Shown here piece after piece: positions 1 to 14,322 of a stretch of 64,000 nt of DNA. The stretch is from NCBI GenBank assembly GCA_951406725.2, contig OX597836.1, positions 7,192,001 through 7,256,000 of the forward strand. Reading direction: 5' to 3'. The stretch is from Octopus vulgaris (lineage: Eukaryota). How positions within the stretch are numbered: position 1 is the first letter of the stretch; every line of letters begins with the position of its first letter. The notes under the pieces were generated by a model that was not told the origin of the DNA, did not search any database, and saw nothing but the letters and a program-made list of their open reading frames with translations. Position numbers and translations under genes: made by a program.

Positions 1-112
1 TATATATGTGTTGTGTGTGTTTGTATGTTTATGTACGTTTGTATGTTTCTATATATATATAAATATACAAAGTAGGCAAACATACACAAGTATGTGTGTG
101 TGTCTGTGTGTA

Positions 113-157
<45 letters not shown>

Positions 158-238
158 GTGTGCATGAATGTATATATATATATATATAAATATATTTGTG
201 TGTGTGTGTTTAGGCTTGTTTTGTAGTTGTTATTGCTG

Positions 239-319
<81 letters not shown>

Positions 320-586
320 TGAGCTGCAAAGCCAAATACATCGTATCATGCTTCTGACTGGCTGCAATATTAAAACCGAAACAGGTCGTCCACCCCGTAT
401 CGATCTCATCGCGGTCACGAGGGCCTGCGAAGCACGATGGGCTCAGCCCCTTTCCTACAACACAAATCAATAAATGAAAATACCATTGAAAAAAATATAT
501 ATACATAAATATATATATATATATAAATTATATATATAAAACATATATATATATACATATAAATTATATATATATATATATGTGTG

Positions 587-698
<112 letters not shown>

Positions 699-1456
699 TG
701 TGTCTGTGTGTGTGTCTGTGTAATCCTGCACAAATTTTCATTTAATTAAATCAAGTTATCAACTTTATCCGCCATGACAGCGTCACAAGGGAAATAACTC
801 TTGTTTACTGCTACAGATTAGTTGGTCTTCGTGGTTAATTTTGTTTTTGTTTTTGTTTTATTGTTTTGTTTTTTTCCCCTTTTTAATGGCTTCAACATAT
901 CTTCCTATAAATATATTTATTATTTGGGGGGTAATAAGATGGATGAAGGGGAGAGAGGAATAGTCAGAGGAGGAAGGGTGGTGCCGAAAACCCTCTGAGA
1001 TTGCTAGAGGCAGAAATTGTGTCTTCTTCCCCCGAAATAAGATACTAAAAAATGTTAATCACGTTATTTATTGATTTTTATCCTCAAAACTAGTATTTTG
1101 ACCCGAATATTTGCTGAAGAACGGAGTCCGCTAAAGCTGCTCAATAACCAGAGGCGAATTGGCTGAGTGGTTAGAGCATCGGATGGAATGCTTCGTGTTC
1201 TGAGTTCAATTCCCATCGTGGTCAACTTTGCCTTTCTTTCTTTCAGGGCCGATTTTTTAAATTTAGAAATATTACTGATGTAAGGTATTGGAATGATGGG
1301 ACTGTTAGAAATTGGGACCGGATGCTGGGCAGTAATTGTTCTAACGTTCGACATTCTGAGTTCAATCCCGCACCACGGTCAACTTTGCCTTACATTCTTT
1401 CGGGGCCGATTTTAAAGATTAAGGAATATAGGTGCAGGAGTGGATGTGCGGAAAGT

Positions 1457-1631
1457 ATAGGCGCAGCAAGAGTGGCTATGTGGTAAATAGCTTGCTTACC
1501 AGCCACATGGTCCCGGGTTCAGTCTCACCGCGTGGCACCTTGAGCAAGTGTCTTCTCCTACAGCCTCGTACCGATCAATACCTTGTGAACGGATATAGTA
1601 GACGGAAACTGGAAGAAGCTCGTCGTATGAG

Positions 1632-1662
<31 letters not shown>

Positions 1663-1671
1663 ATGTGTGTG

Positions 1672-1733
<62 letters not shown>

Positions 1734-1930
1734 TATATGTTTGTCCTTGCAACATCGCTTGACAATCGATGGTGGTGTGTTTACCTCTCCGTAACATTAG
1801 CGGTTCGGCAAAAGTAACCGATAGAATAAGTACTAGTATTATAAAGAACAAGCTCTGGAGTGGATTTGCTCGACTAAAGGCGGTGCTCCAGAATGGCTGC
1901 AGTCAAATGACTGAAACAAGTAAAAGAGTG
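1457..1930 (+). mobile_element. tRNA-derived SINE (CORE-like family with internal TA/TG microsatellite), full length
   Basis: Head taggcgc..gtggctatgtggtaa..ggttcagtc, CORE-like gcaccttgagcaagt, tail gcagtcaaatgactgaaacaagtaaaagag. The most abundant family here. Confidence 0.8.
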
Positions 1931-2838
1931 TACCAATGTCGGGCGGTGAATTAGACACTCAAACCAGATGCCTTTCAGAAAGTGTTCTAACACTCAGCAG
2001 TCTGAGTTCGATTCCCAGCGAGGTCAACGTTATCATTCATTCTTGAAACATATACCAATGAAGGGCAGTAATTTAACAGAGCTGTTAGAAACTCGGACCG
2101 AATGCCTTGCAGTATTTGTTCCGGCTCTTTGCGTTCTGAGTTCAAATCCCGACACGGTCTGCTTGAATAGTGGCCCTAATCCAAATCCGTTGCCAGATTT
2201 AACGTCATCCATTGACTCTTTGTTCGAGGGTTTCCGTCAAAAGAGTCCGTTTTGTTTCAAGCTTTCGGGTCAGGTCGTTGATTTCAGGATACCTATATCC
2301 GCGCCCCCTTCATCCCCACCGCCCTCTTTCTCCTACCAATGTCGAAGATTTTGTGAAGGGCCACGAGTCTTCCCGCTTTGTCATTTATTATTTTTTTATT
2401 TTTTTTATTTCACCTTTTAAAGATTTTGCTGCAGATTTTCTATAGAAGTTGAAGGCTTTCGAAAAAAGACTTTTGGGGGGAAAAAAACAATACTTTTAAG
2501 CTTTTAATTATAGAAAATCGGACCCGAAAAAATGAAACGCAAAAGTTGGCCACAACGGGAATTGAACTCAGAGAGCCGAGCGTTAGAACAAATACTGCAC
2601 GGCATCCGGAGTAAATAAAACAGGGGACAACTGATGAAGGGAATGTTCTTTATGTTGCCCGTCTCGTTTCTCTGTCTGTTTTTTTTTGTTGTGCGAAAAT
2701 AAATTCGTTTTCCATGTTTTGTTTTTTATGTTCGCGTTTCTCATCTTGCTCACGTTTTTTTTTTATATCTTGTACCCATATATGCATGTATATATACATA
2801 TATATGTAGGCATGTACGTTTGTCTGAGTATATATGCA

Positions 2839-2900
<62 letters not shown>

Positions 2901-2944
2901 CCTGAGCGTCCAATAACAACGTCCTCGCGTTGTTGTGTTTTCTA

Positions 2945-3008
<64 letters not shown>

Positions 3009-3115
3009 TAAATACATAGATATATACATATATATATATATACATATATAAATATAAATTAGAAAACACCACCTTTATTATTCTACCCTGTAAGTTTGGA
3101 ATAATATTCCCTCAA

Positions 3116-3193
<78 letters not shown>

Positions 3194-3410
3194 ATATATG
3201 CATATGTGGGCACAGGACGTCACGAAATGTGTATAACAAAAAAGTACGATGCACGAGTACATGGAACATGAACTATTCTTTCAAACAACGAAAGACACAA
3301 ATGGGAAACAAAACAAACAACATAAAGAACGACCCTTTATCAGTTGTTGGCCGTTTCTCTAGTCATGTATTTCGAGCATACACATATATATATGTATATG
3401 TATATATATA

Positions 3411-3501
<91 letters not shown>

Positions 3502-3764
3502 GTTCTGTTGCGTCTAGGGAGAGTCATTATGCCAATATAATTAAAAGACGCACTGGTTCCACTCATTTATTGAATATCCGATTGTTTTGCTTTCGTTTGT
3601 CAAAGTTCTTTCCTCACTTCTTGCATCCTTCTCAGTGACTATTGACTTTGTCGGTTATAGAGGCCACATTAGTTTGTTTGTTTGAGATTTTGTTGCATGC
3701 GTGCGTGCGTACGTGTGTAGGCGTGGCAAAATGCACGTGTGCTTGTATGTATGTGTGTACGTAT

Positions 3765-3773
3765 GTATGTGTG

Positions 3774-3805
<32 letters not shown>

Positions 3806-4105
3806 TGTATGTATGTTTGTATGTATGTATGTATGTATGTATGTATGTATGTATGTATGTATGTATGTATGTATGTATGTATGTATGTGCATGTATGTAT
3901 ATATGTCTGTGTGTGTATGTATGTAGGTATGTAGGTATGTGTGTGTATGTATCTATGTATGTATGTATCTATGTATGAATGTATGTATGTGAGTATGTAT
4001 GTATATGTGTATGTATGTGTGTAGATTTGAATGTGTATGTGTATGTATGTATGTATGTATGTATGTATGTATGTATGTATGTATGTGTGCATGTGTGTGT
4101 ATGTA
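3765..4105. repeat. (ATGT)n tetranucleotide microsatellite
   Basis: Long atgt array, representative of the many TA, TG, TAA and TAG tracts in the window. Confidence 0.9.
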
Positions 4106-4798
4106 TGTCATTGTTCAGTTTCGTTTCAAGATTTCTTGCCAATAGAGAAAGAACCGGTTTCGAACCTTGATCCAATGCTCCTTCATTGGAATTTCAACTT
4201 CATATGTATGCATGCATGCCAGTCTGTATTTATGTATATATGTGTGTATGTTTGTATATACACGTGTGTTTGTGTTTGTGTGCGTGTGTGTGTGTATGCG
4301 TGTGCGTGCTAGTGCCTGTGTGTATGTGTGTGTGTACGTTGTGTGTGCATGAGTACATGTATGCGTGCGTGCGTGCGTACGTGTGGTATGACTTTGAAGA
4401 CTACGGGTAACACGTAATCCGGCGCAACCCTGCTACTTCCGTGCTTCGCTCGTCGGCAACTTAACGGCAAAATCCTACACTTTGTCGAGTTGCTTCCCTT
4501 ACTTTTGAAGACCGAATCGATTTTAAGCACTCCTACACAGAATGGTTTGTCTCTTCATTCCATAAACAATCTCTGCTAATCTAAGTTTTGCAACTCACTA
4601 CATTACAAACGTGAGCAGCTGTTTTAAAAAGGAAAAGACACTGAACAATACAGCCGGGAGTAAAGTTATTACAAAGGATGAACAGGACGGTCGTGGAAGT
4701 ATCATATTTGAATATAATTAGGTGAGAGCAAACGATGAGAAGAAATAACAACACGGCTCATCCAGCCGCTTTTTGCCTGCTCTCTTTCTCTCTTACCT

Positions 4799-4829
<31 letters not shown>

Positions 4830-4954
4830 CTTGCTCTCTCGCTCGCTGTCATTTCTAAGGGACATAACTCTTCTAAACGTATACAGAGCTATTTCCCTTG
4901 GTAGTTTGATCGACCTGACATTAAATGGTTATTAAGGACGATATTTCGGATAAG

Positions 4955-5310
4955 ACGTCGAGCTGGCAGAGTCGTTAGCACGCTGGGCGAAATGCTTAGC
5001 GGTATTTCGTCTGCCGTTACGTTCTGAGTTCAAATTCCGCCGAGGTCGACTTAACATTTCATCCTTTCGGGGTCGATAAATAAAGTACCAGTTACGCACT
5101 GGAGTTGATGTAATCGACTTCATCCGTTTGTCTGTCATTGTTTGTCCCCTCTGCGTGTAGCCTCTTGTGGGTGGTAAAGAAATAGGTATTTTGTCTGCTG
5201 TTACGTTCTGAGTTCAAATTCAGCCGAGGTCGACTTAACCTTTCATCCTTTCGGGGTCGATAAATTAAATACCAGTTACGCACTGGGGTCGATCTAATCG
5301 ACTTAATCCA
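4955..5310 (+). mobile_element. tRNA-derived SINE, second family (central tttcatcctttcggggtcgataaa..aagtaccag, Meta/Nin-like domain), with tandem partial duplication
   Basis: Head gagctggcagagtcgttag..gagttcaaattccgcc. Central segment present twice. Confidence 0.75.
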
Positions 5311-5451
5311 TTTGTCGACCCCAGGACCTATTCTTTGTAAGCCTAGTACTTATTCTATAAGTTTCTTTTGCCGAACCGCTAAGTTCCGGGTACGTAAAAA
5401 TACCCCCATCGGTTGTCAAGCAATGGTGGGGAGACAAACACAGACACACAT

Positions 5452-5510
<59 letters not shown>

Positions 5511-6042
5511 TACGACGGGCTTCTTTCAGTTTCTGTCTACCAAATCCACTCACAAGGCTTTGGTCGGCAGCAGTGGGACTGAACCCGGAACCATGTGGTT
5601 GGTAAGCAAGCTACTTACCACACCGCCACTCCTGCGCCTATTAACAAAATTATACTATTTAACTTTTGCCTCTTTCAGTCATTCGACTGCGGCCACACTG
5701 GGGCATCACCCTTAAAGAGTTTTTGTCAATCGAATCAGACACCAATACATTTTAAGCCTGGTACTTATTCTACCGCTCTCAATCACGCGTACGTAAACGC
5801 ACCAACACCGGTTGTCAAGCAGTAGCCACACAGACACATATATTTGTGTGCGTATGTGAATTTGGTAGACGGAAACAGAAAGAAGCCGGTCGTATGGGGG
5901 AAGGTATTTTGTTTACCAACCACATGGTTCTAGGTTCAGTCCTCTGCGTGGCACCTTGGGCAAGTGTCTTCCGTGCTATGGCCTCGGACCGACCAAAGCC
6001 TTGTGAGTGGATTTTGTAGGCAAAAACCGAAAGAAGCCCTTC

Positions 6043-6138
<96 letters not shown>

Positions 6139-6139
6139 G

Positions 6140-6175
<36 letters not shown>

Positions 6176-6234
6176 CGTACGTACGTATTTACGTATATAT
6201 GTATGTATGTATGTATGTATATAGCTCTATCTAG

Positions 6235-6462
6235 GAGATGAGGAATTATCTACATTATTTACATTATTTATACTTGATGGATATTTGTCCTCATCTTGTT
6301 TGTTGTTAACACAATGTTTCGGCTGATATACCCTCCAACCTTCATCACTTTTTTGATAGCGACACCTGATGAAGGCTGGAGGGTATGTCAACCGAAACGT
6401 TGTGTTAACAACAAACAAGATGAGGACAAATATCGTCAAATGTAAATAATGTAAATAATGTA
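6235..6462. mobile_element. Penelope-like fold-back element with ~95-bp inverted arms and a hammerhead motif at 6362-6405 (+)
   Basis: Arms 6251-6347 and 6367-6462 are reverse complements. acac CTGATGA a ggctg..caacc GAAAC GTT gtgt, with one stem II mismatch. Confidence 0.72.
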
Positions 6463-7001
6463 AAAAAACGTATATAAGTATATGTTTGTATGTCTGTGTT
6501 TGTCCTCCTCACCACCATCGCTTGACAACCGATGTTGGTGTGTCTACGTCCCCCGTAACTTAGCAGTTCGATAATAGAGACTGATAAAATAAGTACTACG
6601 CTTACAAAGAATAAGTTCTGGGGTCGATTTGCTCGACTAAAGGCGGTGCTCCAGCATGGCTGCAGTCAAGTGATTGTAACAAATAAATGAGTAAAAGAGT
6701 ATATATATATTTATATATGGAGGGGCAATGGCCCTGTGGTTAGAATCGCGATTTCGATTCCTAGACCGGGCGTTGTGAGTGTTTATTGAGCGAAAACATC
6801 TAAAGCTCCACGAGGCTCCGACAGGGGGGCGGGGGCGATCCCTACTGTACCTTTTCGCCGCAACGTTCTCTCACTCTTTCTTCTGTTGGCCTGCTCGCTT
6901 AGCCAGCGGGGTGGCGTCATTCGAAGGCGAAGACAATGTGAAGCGCATTGTGACCAGCGATGTGTAGCAATATCTGATAGCCTGGTCGGTCATGTGATCA
7001 T

Positions 7002-7064
<63 letters not shown>

Positions 7065-7819
7065 ACCTTGATCGGCTGAGGTTAAAGCGGAAGACTCTGG
7101 CCGTAGATGCCACATAGTAAGACTGAACCCGGCACGATGTGGTTGAGAAGCAAACTTCTTACATCCATACCTACGTCTTTATTTAAATTCATCGTAATCA
7201 TTTAACCTTATAGTACTTCGCCGCCCCACTTTTTTGATAGCGACATATTTTGTAATAGACCACCAAAACTGCATCCACTCCAGAATATTCACACTGCTTG
7301 GCTTTCCTTGATATATATCGCCACTCTCCATTCCTTTTCCGATTAATTGTGGCCTACTTGAGAATTATATACAATATGCGGATAATTATATACATTTTTA
7401 AACAGTATCTGACTATTTTACTCATAGCATAGGATGCAACCAATCAAATTTTTCTTCTTCATGACCTTCATTGAATTTAAGCAACACAAATCTATTTGTA
7501 CAGCTACAACAAATAACTGCTTCCTTAGTTATTTCCCTTAGATTAGTTAACTACACAGTTGTCTCCCTTGTCGAATCATAATTATAACGTTATTTGTTGT
7601 TAAACACAAATATTTCTAAAATGCTTGTTCGTTAATCTGGGGGAAAGACACACACTTCTGATTTTGTATTCTTATAAATTATACTCTCTTGATATTGAAG
7701 AATTCAAGGCTTTGGAACTAAGAACTCTGCAAAATTTGTGGTACATATATGGCGGTGCCCCAGCATGGCCACAGCTCATGAGCTGAAACTAGATAAAATA
7801 AAAATAAAATAAAATAAAT

Positions 7820-7869
<50 letters not shown>

Positions 7870-8249
7870 ACATATATATATATAATGATGATGATATATA
7901 TATTATACACACTCGCACACACGACGGGCTTCTTTTAGTTTGCGTATACCAAATTCACTCACAAGGCTTTGGGTGTGAGATTGTGGTTTCGATTCCCGAA
8001 CTGGCCGCACGTTGTATTCTTGAACTAAACATTTCATTAAACGTTGGTGAAATTCTGTAAATGAGTAAAGCTGCGACGGAATATTAGCCTTGCGATCAGG
8101 AGGAATGTTGGCCTCTCTCGCCGAGCGAACGTGCTGACATCATTCGAAAGGCTAAAATGATGCAACGCGCATAGTGAACAGCGATGTACAACAACCGGTA
8201 CTCTCGTCGATCGCATGTGTGTGCGTGTCACGTTATATATATTCGTTTA

Positions 8250-8646
8250 TTCTTTTACTTGTTTCGGTCATTTGACTGCGGCCATGCCGGAGCATCGCCT
8301 TTAGTCGAGCAAATCCACCCCAGAGCTTATGCTTTGTAAACGTAGTGCTTATTCTATCGGTCTCTTTTGCCGAACTGCTAAGATACGGGGGCGTAAACAC
8401 ACCAGTATCGGTTGTCAAGCGATGATGGGTGGGGAGGACAAACATAGACATACAAACATAAACACACACACACACACATACACGACGGACTGCTTTCAGT
8501 TTCCGTCTACCAAATCCACTCACAAGGCTTTGGTCGGCCCGAGACTACTATAGTAGAAGACACTTGCCCAAGGTACCACGCAGTGGGACTTAACCCAGGA
8601 CCATCTGGTTGGGAAGCAAGCTACTTACCACGCAGCCACTCCTGCG

Positions 8647-8650
<4 letters not shown>
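8250..8650 (-). mobile_element. CORE-like tRNA SINE, full length
   Basis: Reverse complement of the 1457-1930 family. Confidence 0.8.
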
Positions 8651-8706
<56 letters not shown>

Positions 8707-8725
8707 CATACATATATATATATAT

Positions 8726-8775
<50 letters not shown>

Positions 8776-9867
8776 TAATTAAGATTCAGTTGAATTAAGT
8801 GCTTAAATCGAGGCAGCTTGTTAGGTTGGAGTAACAGACACGTTCAACTGATATTAAGTGAGTATCAAATTCTGAGCAGAAGTGTTTGCACTTGGTACTT
8901 TTGTAATGTAGACTGACAACACGACCCAACTTTGTGAAGAGATCCGCTCATAGTTGTCGTTCAGACGTGTACTTTATATAAAAAAAATACTTCCTCTAAT
9001 ATTTCCGAAGTGCAAATTCCAGAGTAGGTATATAAAATGGATTAGAAAAACAGCCGACAACTGATGAAGGGTCGTTCGTTATGTTGCTTTGTCTTGTTTC
9101 CCATTTGTGTCTTTCGTTGTTCGCAAAACAAAAAAAAGTTCATATTCCATGTATTCGTATTTCGTATTTTCGTTTTTTATGTTGGTTACGTTCTGTGTCC
9201 ACATATGCATATTTATATACGTATATATGTATGTACATGTTTGTATATATGCATATATTATTTATATTAATTATATTATTATATGATTGAACGCTACGCA
9301 TCCATTTCCAAGTAAGTGTATATATGTATGACAATGAATTTCATATATATATATATTTAAGCGGCCCTTCAGAAATTGAACCTCCTTACGATAGTCCCTG
9401 GGAGTTCATGGTATGAAATTCATTGTCATTGCTCCGATTTGGTCGCCAATGCCATGTATTTTGTATAAAATGTAGTAAAAATAGGGGGGCAGTAGGTCTC
9501 AATTTGGCAGCCCACAAAAAATAGACCCCTCACCCCTTAGGATATTCTCTGGGATTAGGGGAGTTGCCGGTTTGAGTTTCTTTGACCTTGCACCAATGGA
9601 CAGAGAAACATCACTGAAATTTATAATAGCGTGTGTGTTTGTGTGTGTATGTGTGTGTGTGTGTGTGTGTGTGTTGTGTGTAATACTGACATCCGTAGGT
9701 TAAGACAGCGAAGGTTCCAGTTGATCCGATCAACTGAACGGCTTGCTCATGAAATTAACGTGCACGTGGCTGAGTACTCCACGTACACATGTACCCTTCA
9801 CGCAGTTCTCAGGGAGATTCGGGATGACACAGAATGTGACAAGGCTGGTCCTTTTGAAATACAGATA

Positions 9868-10106
9868 CAGTAACCCCTCGCCATATCGCGGCTCACCTAT
9901 CACGGTTCACCTATCGCGGTTTATAATTTAAGCTTACGTCGATTCCTCCATGGTGTTGTTTTGCATTTATGATAAAATAAATATATATAAATTATAAAAA
10001 TACTAATAAAAAAATATACAATACAGTAGTTTCTACTTCGCGGATTTTCACCTATCGCGGTGGTGGTGGGGAAGACGTAACGCCTGCGATAGTCGAGGGA
10101 TTACTG
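9868..10106. mobile_element. pogo/Tigger-like MITE (239 bp) nested in a SINE
   Basis: TIRs CAGTAACCCCTCG..ATCGC / GCGAT..CGAGGGATTACTG with TA duplications at 9866-9867 and 10107-10108. Flanks join into the SINE sequence seen uninterrupted (reversed) near 55361-55410. Confidence 0.85.
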
Positions 10107-12003
10107 TACAATTCATTTTTGCCAGCTGGAGCAAAGTGAAAATAAAATATCTTGCTGAAAGATGCAGCACGCCGTCGGGTATCGAACTCACAACTTTAGA
10201 ACTGTGAACCGAATATATCAACCACTGAGCCACGTACTTTCACACACACACACACACACACAAAGTTTAATGTATACGCAGCCGATGGTGCTTATAAACC
10301 GGATGGTGGATTAGTTCTTTACCACCCGAGTTAAAATCTGAATGAGAAGATTGGTGACTCACAACGTTGAACAAAATCGTTGCCTTTCCTTCTCTCTCCT
10401 TTTCTTCTTCTTCTTCTTCTTCATCGGTGCATAAGGCTCTAAACTGTAGTTAAAAGTAAGCCTGGATGGAGGAGAATTCTCCAGAGGCTACAGCTAGGAA
10501 TGTGGTACAAGGCTTTCATAAAACGCTGGCATTTTTCTGGCAACATGATAGGCCCAAAAACGAAAATAATCGTTGCAAATTTGAAATTCTTTCGCGTCAG
10601 AATATGAAACAGGAAAAATTAAATCTTTCAACCATTATAACTAATTCCTTCTTAATCTTCTACTCTGTATATGGATATGGATATGTGTGTGTGGATGTGT
10701 GTGTGTGTGTGTGTGTGCGTGTGGGGGAGGGGGTGCAGTGTGTTCATGTGCTCATAGATATTTTACTTGTTTCTGTCATTAAGAATGCGGCCATGCTGGG
10801 GCGCCGGCCTTGAAGAATTTTGAGATGAATGAATCGACCCCAGGAATTACTATTTTTTCAAAAGCTGGGTACTTATTCTATCGGGATCTTTTGCCGAACT
10901 GCTAAATTGCGGGAACGTAAACACACCAATACCGGTTGTCAAGCAGTGGTTGGGGGACAGACACACAAACACGTATGTATGTATGTATGTATGTGTGTAT
11001 GAATGTATGTATGTATACGACAGGCTTCTTTCAGTTTCTGTCCACCAAATTCACTCCCAAGGCTTTGGTCGGCAATGGGACTGAACCGGGAACCATGCAA
11101 GGAGAGAACAAGCTTCTTGCCACACAGCCATGCCTCCACTTTAAATATTTATGTGTTTGTGTGTGGAAGCTGTTATATCCTAGCCATGATCTTGTTGGTA
11201 TTTCTTTGGCACAAGGCCAGCAAGGTTTTCTGGTATTTACTTTATCGACCCTGAAAGGATGAAAGTCAAAGTCGATCTCTGCAGAATTTGAACTCAGAAC
11301 CTAGCATGCTAACGATTCTTATTTCTTTATTGCCCACAAGGGGCTAAACACAGACGGAACAAACAAGGACGGACAAAGGGATTAAGTCGATGACATCGAA
11401 CTCAGTACAAAACTAGTACTTAATTTATCGACCCCGAAAGGATGAAAGGCAAAGTCGACCTCGGCAGAATTTGAACTCAGAACGAAACGGCAGACGAAAT
11501 ACCACTAAGCATTTCGCCCAGCGTGCTAATGATTCTGCCAGCTTGCTCACCGCCTTTCAGCCAGACAATTCTGCCAGCTCAATATTGAAGGTGATGGACT
11601 TTGTGCCATGTGATGAGAGGGACAAGATTGATAACACAGAGTGCTCGGTCCAGGCAGGGCAGTGGGTAAGCAGAACTGTTGGATTATCAGACAAGATGCT
11701 TTGCAGGAGCTGTTCCATCACATTGCATTCAGAATTCTTGGACATTAGACTTAATCCAAATGTCTGGTTTAACAAGATCACCTGGTCCTTGGAGGACTTT
11801 TGTGGAGTTCACCATATTGAAAATATCCAAAGTGTTTCAGTTTGGAAAACAAAACCCTCTCTTTCTCTTTTTCTGTCTTGCCCTTACTCTGAGAGGCTCT
11901 GAAAAACAAATAAAGCTGGTCTTGCACCAACATCATCACCAACTCCACCCTACAGACAAAGCAGCAATCGTAAAAAAAAACAAAAAAGAAATATATAATT
12001 TAA

Positions 12004-13493
12004 CCCTTTAGCATTTAAACAGGCCATTTCTGGTCCAAATATATTCTAATTGTTCTATGTTCAAACTGGCTCGATCCAGACTCTCACACCTACTACACAA
12101 TGTCTAAAAATAAACAATCACATAATTGAAATCTTAATGCTACAAGATAATACTCTTACTCTTTACTTTTTTACTTGTTTCAGTCATTTGACTGCGGCCA
12201 TGCTGGTGCACCGCCTTTAGTCGAGCAAATCGACCCCGGGACTTATTCTTTGTAAGCCCAGTACTTATTCTATCGGTCTCTTTTGCCGAACCGCTAAGTG
12301 ATGGCGACGTAAACACGCCAGCATCAGTTGTCAAGCAATGCTAGGGGGACAAACACACACATACATATATATACATATATATACGACAGGCTTCTTTTAG
12401 TTTCCGTCTACCAAATCCACTCACAAGGCTTTGGTCGGCCCGGGGCTATAGGAGAAGACACTTGCCCAAGATGCCACGCAGTGGGACTGAACCCAGAACC
12501 ATGTGGTTGGTTAGCAAGCTACTTACCACACAGCCACTCCTGTGCCTATTAATGCTTGATTAATTTTATAATGAATGAGAATAAATAAGTATAATATTTG
12601 ATGGAGTAATCTGAATGCTAAACGGTTAACTCTTTAGCATTCAAACTGGCCGAATCAGGCCCACATAGTCTACTTGTTTTATGTTCGAGCCAGCCAGATC
12701 CAGCCTCTCACACCTACCCTATCATGTCATTTTAAAAGTAAACAGTGACATCATTGAAACCCCTGAAACCATGAAATAATACCTGATTAATTCAAAACAA
12801 TGTGAGTAAACAAACATTACATTTGACAGAGTAATTTAATAAAACCAGCCGTTTCCAGCTCAAATATTCTTATTCTATGTTAAAACTGGACAGATCCAAC
12901 CTCTCACACCTAGCCTACAATATCATTTTAAAGATAAGCAATCACATCATTGAAATCTTAACGAGATAATGTAGGCGCGGGCATGGCTATGTGGTTAGGG
13001 AACTTGCTTCCTTGCTACATGGTTTCGGGTTCAGTCCCACTGTGTGGCACTTTGGGTAGGTGTCTTCTGCTATAGCCCCGAGTCGACCGAAGCTTTGTGA
13101 TTGAATTCGGTAGGTGGAAGTTACTGCCGTGTGTGTATGTGTGCGTGTAGGTACTCAGTGCCTCTCCGAAAGAGAGAGAGGGAAAAATAATGCATGATTA
13201 ATTTTAAATGAATGTGAATAAATAAGTATTGTGTTTGATGGAGTAATGTGAATGCCAAATGGTTAACACTTTAGCATTTAAACAGGCCGTATCCAGTCAA
13301 AAATATTCCATGTGTTTTATGCTCAAACTGGTCAGATTCGGCCTCTCACACCTACCCTACAAAGTCATTCTAAAGACAAACAATCGCATCAGTGAAATCT
13401 CAAAGCTATGAGATAATTTATGATTAATTCAAAACAAATGTGAATAACTAAAGATTACATTTGAAGACAGAGTCAACCGAATGTGCTAAAGGG
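12004..13493 (+). mobile_element. Head-to-tail array of four ~225-bp piggyBac-like MITE copies, two interrupted by SINEs
   Basis: TIR CCCTTTAGCA/TGCTAAAGGG. TTAA at 12000-12003, 12626-12629, 13263-13266 and 13494-13497. Internal cagatccagcctctcacaccta-like motif occurs four times. Confidence 0.8.
12152..12548 (-). mobile_element. CORE-like tRNA SINE inserted in MITE copy 1
   Basis: Full-length family match; MITE sequence resumes at about 12550. Confidence 0.8.
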
Positions 13494-13802
13494 TTAAAAA
13501 AAGAAAACACACACAAAAAAAAAAAATGATTAAATAAGGGAGATAAGTCAAATGGGATTGAACAAATGGTGAGTGAAAACATTCACCTGAATACCTTTTT
13601 TTTTGTTTTTGTTTTTTTTTTATTATTATTATTTCATATTATTTGTAGAAAATAGTGTTCAATAATAACAATTGCAACATGATTGGGGCATTGTCTGCCA
13701 CCCCGAGTCATCATCCATTTTTTAAAAATTTTGTCACATTCAACAGTTCACTTCACAAACTGGCATAGAAATGACACACATATTTCCAACTCGGTGCAAT
13801 AA

Positions 13803-13857
<55 letters not shown>

Positions 13858-13895
13858 TGTAAGCAGTGAATAATAAGTGTTGATAATAGGTATTG

Positions 13896-13932
<37 letters not shown>

Positions 13933-13950
13933 TGATGATGATGATGATGA

Positions 13951-14322
13951 TAAGAACATGTATGGTAATCAACATAGCATGCCCTGGTGACAACAGGATC
14001 AATGTGGAAGAAGAAGGAAAAATAAACAACTATGACGATTTGAAGTGGAAAATTACAAAGGTTGTGGTCAACGAAGAGAGTGGACCTGATGCCAATGGTA
14101 AATCGGTGCACTTGGAAGTATCAGCACTCAACTACCGACGCGGCTGAAAAAGATTGGTACAAATTTCAAGTAAAGATAGAACCCACAGAACTTGGAACTG
14201 CAAGAATTCTTCACAAGGTTCTTGAAGCAGAAACCAGTAAACAAGTGCCACCTTAGTCTGCTGGCTGTAATGGGCAGCTGACACTTTCCATCAAACCCAG
14301 CAAAAATAAGTTGTGAGTTTTC

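Noticed and set aside
2208-2292. Minus-strand peptide YPEINDLTRKLETKRTLLTETLEQRVNG*
   Set aside because: Looks protein-like but is short, has a poor acceptor context and no partner exon or recognisable family.
11471-11902. 143-aa plus-strand ORF
   Set aside because: Starts inside a reversed SINE at a TTG; no motif; splice signals point to the other strand.
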